A stretch of DNA of 33,265 bases, from assembly GCA_050178385.1 (NCBI GenBank), contig JBFXGD010000021.1, forward strand, positions 1 to 33,265, in the 5' to 3' direction. Shown here one piece after another: positions 27,267 to 33,265 of this stretch. Under the pieces are notes generated by a model. It ran no database searches and was not told where the DNA came from. It worked only from the letters and a program-made list of their open reading frames with translations. The first letter of the stretch is position 1. Each line of letters starts with the position of its first letter. The translations under genes and the position numbers were made by a program. The stretch is from Calditrichaceae bacterium (GTDB lineage: Bacteria > Calditrichota > Calditrichia > Calditrichales > JBFXGD01).

Positions 27267-30200
27267 ATGAAACGAAAAAAGGTCACAATAGATGGAAACG
27301 AAGCTGCTGCTTATGTGGCCCATAAAGTAAATGAAGTTATAGCCATCTATCCGATAACACCCTCATCGAACATGGGGGAATGGGCTGATGAATATTCCGC
27401 AAAGGGCCAGAAAAATATATGGGGAACAATTCCGAGCGTCACAGAGATGCAGAGTGAAGGCGGCGCCTCCGGCGCGGTACACGGAGCTTTGCAGACCGGC
27501 GCGTTAACAACCACATTTACAGCATCACAGGGATTGCTTCTTATGATCCCGAATATGTATAAAATAGCGGGTGAATTAACAGCGACGGTCTTTCATGTTT
27601 CGGCGCGTTCCATCGCCGCGCAGGCATTATCCATATTTGGGGATCACAGCGATGTGATGGCAACCCGCCAGACGGGTTTCGCGTTACTGGCGTCAAATTC
27701 AGTTCAGGAAGTTATGGATTTTGCGCTGATTACGCAGGCCGCCACACTCGAAGCAAGAATTCCTTTTGTACACTTTTTTGATGGTTTCAGAACATCTCAC
27801 GAAGTTATGAAAATTGAACAGCTTACGATTGATGATATGAAAGAGATGATCGATGATGATCTGGTTATTGCCCACAGAAAAAGAGGCTTGACACCGGATA
27901 AGCCTGTAGTCCGTGGAACGGCACAGAATCCGGATGTGTTTTTCCAGGCCAGGGAAACGGTCAATCCATATTACGAAAAAACTCCGAATATTGTCCAAAA
28001 AGCCATGGATAAATTTGCAAAAATAACGGGTCGCCAGTATAAATTGTTTGAATATGTCGGACATCCGGAAGCCGAACGTGTAGTTGTAGTAATGGGTTCG
28101 GGCGCTGAAGCCGTTCAGGAAGCCGTTGAATATTTAATGGCTGCAGGGGAAAAAGTTGGTATGATAAAAGTTCGTCTATACCGCCCCTTCTCGAAAAAGC
28201 ATCTAATGGAAGCTCTGCCGAAGACAACCAAAGCAATGGCTGTTTTAGACAGGACAAAAGAGCCGGGTTCCGCGGGTGAACCATTGTACCAGGATATCAT
28301 GACTTCAATGATGGAAGGCATGACGGAAGGAATTCTGCCTACTGAACGTTTCCCGAAATTTATTGGTGGCCGTTACGGGCTTTCATCCAAAGAATTTACG
28401 CCCGCCATGATCATGAGTATTTATGACGAATTAAAGAAGGAAAAGCCGAAAAATCATTTCACCATCGGTATAAAAGATGATTTATCAAACACCAGTCTTG
28501 AATATGATCCGAGTTTGTCCACGGAATCCAAAGATGTTATCCGCGGAATGTTTTACGGATTAGGAGCTGACGGGACGGTTGGCGCGAATAAGAATTCAAT
28601 TAAGATTATCGGCGAAGAAACAGATAATTATGCCCAGGGTTATTTTGTATATGATTCAAAGAAATCGGGTTCGGTGACCATTTCGCATTTGCGTTTTGGG
28701 AAGAAGCCGATTCATTCAACCTATCTTATCTCAAAAGCAAATTTTATCGCTTGCCATCAATTCACATTTGTTGAAAAATTTGATATTCTTGGAAACGCGA
28801 TGGAAGGCGCGACATTTTTGCTGAACAGTCCTTATGAAAAGGATGAGGTTTGGAATAAACTGCCAAAACTTGTTCAAAAACAGATGATCGACAAGAAACT
28901 TAAATTTTATGTGATTGACGCTTATGAAGTCGCGAAACATACAGGTATGGGACAGCGTATCAATACGATCATGCAGACTTGCTTCTTTGCGATTTCGGGT
29001 GTATTGCCAAAAGATGAAGCAATCGAAAAAATTAAAAATACCATCAAAAAAACCTATGGCCGCAAAGGTGAAGATATTGTAAAAATGAATTATAACGCGG
29101 TTGATCAAACGCTGGCCAATTTGCATGAAATAAAAGTACCGGCTCAGATAAGCAGTCTGATAGATCTGCCGCCGGTTGTATCCGAAAAGGCGCCGGATTT
29201 TGTTAAAGATGTGACGGCGATGATGATGGCCGGAAAAGGTGATGATCTTCCGGTAAGCGCGATGCCCGATGACGGGACATATCCTACAGGGACAACACAG
29301 TGGGAAAAACGGAATATCGCTCTTGAAATTCCTGTCTGGGATGAAGAAATATGTATTCAATGCGGCAAATGCGCTATGGTATGTCCGCATGCGGTTATCA
29401 GAATAAAAGCCTATGATGAAAAACATCTCGAAAACGCTCCATCCACATTTAAACATATGGTCGCCAAGGGAAAAGAATGGCCGGAGAAAACCATGTACAC
29501 GATTCAGGTTGCTCCGGAAGATTGTACCGGATGTGAGATGTGTGTGGAAGTGTGCCCGGCAAAAAGCAAAGAAGTGGTTGGGCATAAAGCGCTGGATATG
29601 GCGCCTCAGCTGCCTCTCAAGGAAGCGGAAAAAGAGAACTGGGATCACTTCCTTAATATCCCTGAATTTGATCGGTCGATGCTAAAGCAGGATACGGTAA
29701 AAGGTTCACAGTTCCTTCAGCCTCTGTTCGAATTCTCCGGAGCGTGCGCCGGGTGTGGTGAAACGCCGTATATCAAACTGGTTACCCAGCTTTTTGGTGA
29801 CAGAATGGTGATTGCCAATGCTACGGGATGTTCATCCATTTATGGCGGTAATCTTCCTACGACCCCCTATACAACGAATGAAGATGGCCGCGGACCGGCA
29901 TGGTCGAACTCATTATTTGAGGATAATGCCGAATTTGGTCTTGGTTACCGGCTTACAATTGATAAACAAACCGAACAGGCTTTTGAATTGCTTACTAAAT
30001 TAAAGGATCAGCTTGATTCCGCGTTGGTTGATGAAATTATGAACGCGAATCAGGCAGAAGAGACCGAAATTTTTGAGCAGAGAAAACGTGTTGAAAAACT
30101 CAATGAGCAGTTGCTGAAAATAAATTCAAAAGAGTCAAAACTGCTTCTGAGTTTGAGTAATTACCTGGTGAAGAAGAGTGTATGGATTATCGGCGGTGAC

Positions 30201-30854
30201 GGCTGGGCTTATGATATCGGTTACGGCGGTCTGGATCATGTTCTCGCTTCAGGAAAGAATGTTAATATTCTTGTACTGGATACGGAAGTCTATTCCAATA
30301 CAGGCGGTCAGATGTCCAAAGCAACCCCGATGGGCGCCGTGGCAAAATTCGCGGCCGGCGGTAAGCCCGCCCCAAAGAAAGATCTCGGAATGCTGGCCAT
30401 GTCATACGGCAATGTTTACGTGGCGAAAATCGCCATGGGCGCGAGTGATACTCAAACGGTAAAAGCGATCATCGAAGCGGAAAAATATGACGGTCCTTCT
30501 CTGATCATCGCTTACAGCCACTGTATCGCTCATGGATATAATATGCGCTACGGAATGCAGCAGCAAAAACTCGCGGTCGATTCCGGTCACTGGCATTTAT
30601 ACCGCTACAATCCGGATATGGCAAAAGAGGGAATCAATCCGTTAAAACTCGATTCCAAAGAGCCGAAAATCGCGCTGGAAGATTACATTTACAATGAAAC
30701 CCGTTACAAAATGCTGACCAAGATGAATCCGAAAGCAGCAAAAGAACTTCTTGCTCAGGCCCAGGAAGATGTCAAGGAACGGTATAAGTTGTACGCCAAT
30801 ATGGCAAAAATGGATTATTCCACCGACAAAGAAGATGAGAGTAATGAAAAATAA
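27267..30854 (+). CDS. nifJ: Pyruvate:ferredoxin (flavodoxin) oxidoreductase, single-chain
   Basis: YPITP, EMQSEGGA, two ferredoxin motifs (CIQCGKCAMVCP, CTGCEMCVEVCP), GACAGCGE, GGDGWAYDIG (TPP). SD GAAGGAG favours ATG 27267. Confidence 0.98.
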   Translation: MKRKKVTIDGNEAAAYVAHKVNEVIAIYPITPSSNMGEWADEYSAKGQKNIWGTIPSVTEMQSEGGASGAVHGALQTGALTTTFTASQGLLLMIPNMYKIAGELTATVFHVSARSIAAQALSIFGDHSDVMATRQTGFALLASNSVQEVMDFALITQAATLEARIPFVHFFDGFRTSHEVMKIEQLTIDDMKEMIDDDLVIAHRKRGLTPDKPVVRGTAQNPDVFFQARETVNPYYEKTPNIVQKAMDKFAKITGRQYKLFEYVGHPEAERVVVVMGSGAEAVQEAVEYLMAAGEKVGMIKVRLYRPFSKKHLMEALPKTTKAMAVLDRTKEPGSAGEPLYQDIMTSMMEGMTEGILPTERFPKFIGGRYGLSSKEFTPAMIMSIYDELKKEKPKNHFTIGIKDDLSNTSLEYDPSLSTESKDVIRGMFYGLGADGTVGANKNSIKIIGEETDNYAQGYFVYDSKKSGSVTISHLRFGKKPIHSTYLISKANFIACHQFTFVEKFDILGNAMEGATFLLNSPYEKDEVWNKLPKLVQKQMIDKKLKFYVIDAYEVAKHTGMGQRINTIMQTCFFAISGVLPKDEAIEKIKNTIKKTYGRKGEDIVKMNYNAVDQTLANLHEIKVPAQISSLIDLPPVVSEKAPDFVKDVTAMMMAGKGDDLPVSAMPDDGTYPTGTTQWEKRNIALEIPVWDEEICIQCGKCAMVCPHAVIRIKAYDEKHLENAPSTFKHMVAKGKEWPEKTMYTIQVAPEDCTGCEMCVEVCPAKSKEVVGHKALDMAPQLPLKEAEKENWDHFLNIPEFDRSMLKQDTVKGSQFLQPLFEFSGACAGCGETPYIKLVTQLFGDRMVIANATGCSSIYGGNLPTTPYTTNEDGRGPAWSNSLFEDNAEFGLGYRLTIDKQTEQAFELLTKLKDQLDSALVDEIMNANQAEETEIFEQRKRVEKLNEQLLKINSKESKLLLSLSNYLVKKSVWIIGGDGWAYDIGYGGLDHVLASGKNVNILVLDTEVYSNTGGQMSKATPMGAVAKFAAGGKPAPKKDLGMLAMSYGNVYVAKIAMGASDTQTVKAIIEAEKYDGPSLIIAYSHCIAHGYNMRYGMQQQKLAVDSGHWHLYRYNPDMAKEGINPLKLDSKEPKIALEDYIYNETRYKMLTKMNPKAAKELLAQAQEDVKERYKLYANMAKMDYSTDKEDESNEK

Positions 30855-30866
30855 TTAAGTTAAATG

Positions 30867-30901
30867 ATGCAGGAGGCTGAAGATAAGTCTCCTGCATTTT
30901 T
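30867..30901 (+). terminator. Intra-operon hairpin/terminator between PFOR and the DHODH-like gene
   Basis: ATGCAGGAGGCT-loop-AGTCTCCTGCAT followed by TTTT. Confidence 0.6.
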
Positions 30902-30925
30902 AAATTATGGGGGAAAGGAGCCGAT

Positions 30926-31918
30926 ATGGATCTTTCAACAAAGTATCTAGGCTTAAAGTTAAAAAATCCGCTTGTACCTTCCGCGTCACCTTTATCAAAT
31001 AATATTGACACCGTAAAAAAACTTGAAGACGCTGGCGCTGCCGCGGTGGTAATGTACTCATTGTTTGAAGAACAGATCACCCACGAAAGCAACGAGATCG
31101 ATACGTTTTTAACCTATGGTTCTGAAAGTTTCTCCGAAGCATTGAGTTATTTTCCTCAGCCTGAGGCGTTTAACAATTTGGATGCGGAAGAATATCTGGA
31201 ACAGGTTGCCCGTCTAAAAAGCGCGGTTGATATTCCGATAATAGGGAGTTTAAATGGCGTTTCATCAGGCGGATGGATGAAGTACGCGAAAAAAATTGAA
31301 GAAGCAGGCGCCGACGCGCTGGAGCTAAATGTTTATTATATTCCGACCGATCCGAACATGACGTCACAGCAGGTCGAAGAGATTTATCTCGATAATCTTA
31401 AAACGGTGAAAGAATCTATTAAAATACCGGTCGCGATTAAATTGAGTCCCTTCTTCAGCGCCTTCGCCAATATGGCAACAAAACTGGATAAAGCAGGCGT
31501 CGACGGCCTTGTACTGTTTAATCGTTTCTATCAGCCGGATATCGACCTCGAGGAATTGGAAGTTGTCCCGAATTTAATCTTTAGTTCGTCACATGAAATG
31601 CGGCTGCCCTTAAGATGGCTCGCTATTTTATACGGCAAGATAAACGCGAATCTCGCGGCGACGACCGGGATACACGACGCGAAGGATGTTCTCAAGATGG
31701 TAATGGCCGGCGCGGATGTGACCATGATGGCGTCAGTGCTTCTGAAGGACGGTGTCGGTCAAGTTTCCAAAATTCTGGCTGATCTTGAAAAGTGGATGGA
31801 AGAACATGAGTATAAATCAATTTCACAGATGAAGGGATCGATGAGCTACAAGAATGTGGCGGAACCGGCAGCGTACGAACGGGCCAACTATATGAAAACA
31901 CTTCAGAGTATAAAATAA
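30926..31918 (+). CDS. Dihydroorotate dehydrogenase-like FMN protein (PFOR-associated family)
   Basis: [66 protein letters not shown]. Confidence 0.92.
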   Translation: MDLSTKYLGLKLKNPLVPSASPLSNNIDTVKKLEDAGAAAVVMYSLFEEQITHESNEIDTFLTYGSESFSEALSYFPQPEAFNNLDAEEYLEQVARLKSAVDIPIIGSLNGVSSGGWMKYAKKIEEAGADALELNVYYIPTDPNMTSQQVEEIYLDNLKTVKESIKIPVAIKLSPFFSAFANMATKLDKAGVDGLVLFNRFYQPDIDLEELEVVPNLIFSSSHEMRLPLRWLAILYGKINANLAATTGIHDAKDVLKMVMAGADVTMMASVLLKDGVGQVSKILADLEKWMEEHEYKSISQMKGSMSYKNVAEPAAYERANYMKTLQSIK

Positions 31919-31920
31919 TC

Positions 31921-31946
31921 AAAGCCCCGCCCGGCGGGGCTTTTTT
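31921..31946 (+). terminator. Rho-independent terminator
   Basis: AAAGCCCCGC-CCG-GCGGGGCTTTTTT just after the stop codon. Confidence 0.88.
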
Positions 31947-32062
31947 ATTTAATCAGGTTTGGTAAATTTAGATTTCTAAAAAAATGCATCAGCATAAATT
32001 TCACATTATATTTATTATAATCAAACCGTCTTAATTTATGCCATCCTATTCCCGGAGAGAAA

Positions 32063-33037
32063 ATGCCCGTTGAAGAGTCAAAGTTAGGTCTGGTATTGGG
32101 AAGCGGCGCGTCGAGAGGATTAGCGCATATCGGCGTCATAAAAATTCTGGAAAAATATGATGTCAAAATCGGCAGCGTCACCGGTACGAGCATTGGAGCA
32201 TTGATTGGCGGATTGTACGCGTCGGGAATGACCGGAAAACAGATGGAGGAAATTGCCTGTAATACAGACTGGCGCACCGTCGCGAAAGTTTTTCTGCCGA
32301 CCTTATTTAGAAATACTTCTTTTGCGGGAAAATATCTTAAGGAATTTATCACGGCCCTGGTGGGAGACACAGATTTTAAGGATTTAAACATACCTTTCGC
32401 GTGCGTCACAACCGATTTACTGAGCGGGGATGAAATCATTGTTGATAAGGGTTCGCTTTCGGAAGCGATTCTGGCAAGCCTTGCCCTGCCGGGATTATTT
32501 AAGCCTGTTCAAACAGGGGGGCGGCTTTTGGTTGACGGGGGGTTGGTCAATCCGCTTCCGGTAAGTCTGGCAAAATATCTTGGGGCGGAAATGACGATCG
32601 CGGTCAATGTGACACCGCCGATGGACCGGCCCATGAAAAAGTTAAAAGTAAAATCCGCCAGGAAGTCATCTTTTCTTAAATTCGCGGACAATTCTAAAAT
32701 ATTGTCAGAAAGATTGTCATTATATTTTAAGATCGCGGATAACCTTAAAGATGAAAAATTTTTGTTTTTTGATCCGGGCCGGCCTAAAAAAGGGATGAAA
32801 GTACCATCCTTAATGGAAACGGCAACACAGGCCGTGGTAATTATGCAGAATCAGATTATTAAACTAAAACTTGGAGAACATCCCACCAACATTCTTATCG
32901 AGCCGGATGTTTCACAATTTCAGCTGTTGGATTTTTCAGACGCGAAAAAAATTATCAAACAGGGTGAAATTGAGACAGAAAAACATATCGGGAAAATATT
33001 CAATATCATTGAAAAAATGGAAAAACTTAGTATTTAG
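32063..33037 (+). CDS. Patatin-like phospholipase (RssA/NTE family)
   Basis: GSGASRG oxyanion motif, GTSIG nucleophile, DGG catalytic Asp, NPLP. Confidence 0.93.
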   Translation: MPVEESKLGLVLGSGASRGLAHIGVIKILEKYDVKIGSVTGTSIGALIGGLYASGMTGKQMEEIACNTDWRTVAKVFLPTLFRNTSFAGKYLKEFITALVGDTDFKDLNIPFACVTTDLLSGDEIIVDKGSLSEAILASLALPGLFKPVQTGGRLLVDGGLVNPLPVSLAKYLGAEMTIAVNVTPPMDRPMKKLKVKSARKSSFLKFADNSKILSERLSLYFKIADNLKDEKFLFFDPGRPKKGMKVPSLMETATQAVVIMQNQIIKLKLGEHPTNILIEPDVSQFQLLDFSDAKKIIKQGEIETEKHIGKIFNIIEKMEKLSI

Positions 33038-33265
33038 ATTATAAAGTTTGCCCGTCTGCCGTCTAATTTTAACATCCGTATAACTTTTATGTCTTTTTTT
33101 AAATAGTATCGGTTTTTACGCATCTATTATCATTTGCTTCAATCGTGGAAATGTGGATGTCATTATTTCTGTTTTATAAAGATGTCAGCGCATTATATTG
33201 ACACAATACTATGCCGGATTTCAAATACAAACAAAGGTTTGGGGTGTGTCGTACAATACCCGACA

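Noticed and set aside
28731..29648. 305-aa antisense ORF
   Set aside because: Lies wholly opposite the conserved PFOR gene and has no recognisable motifs. Treated as a shadow ORF.
31945..32439. 164-aa minus-strand ORF
   Set aside because: Mostly antisense to the patatin catalytic region, with no protein-like features.
33038..33265. Non-coding tail with a short inverted repeat (TGTCG...CGACA) at the window edge
   Set aside because: No convincing ORF or RNA gene, and the repeat is too short and truncated to interpret.
1..33265. CRISPR arrays, tRNA/rRNA genes, IS elements, prophage or defence islands
   Set aside because: No repeat-spacer pattern, RNA gene signature, transposase or integrase was seen. 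Genes are densely packed and mostly housekeeping.

Overview
Origin-proximal chromosomal region of a diderm bacterium, probably FCB-group/Calditrichota-like (inferred from gene style, e.g. the GlyA insertion and the envelope gene families). It begins with yidC (5'-truncated)-mnmE-mnmG-rsmG, with two parS palindromes bracketing mnmG, followed by murQ where parA-parB often sits. On the opposite strand is a translationally coupled pair: a divergent ParB-like protein and a spore-photoproduct-lyase-like radical SAM enzyme. Next come a cupin, two tandem CPA-type antiporter domains, a carboxylesterase, a GalT-like nucleotidyltransferase, glycogen synthase, a GmhB-like HAD phosphatase, an envelope triad (lipoprotein, FadL-like beta-barrel, secreted TPR protein), rpiB, glyA, tatC, a polyprenyl synthase, a GT9 heptosyltransferase, a Kdo transferase, an aminotransferase, pyruvate:ferredoxin oxidoreductase with a DHODH-like partner, and a patatin. 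No RNA genes, mobile elements or CRISPR arrays were seen. The best candidates for under-described systems are the ParB-like/SPL-like module and the lipoprotein-barrel-TPR operon, which resembles Bacteroidota BAM accessory subunits. All family calls come from motif recognition by eye, not database searches.
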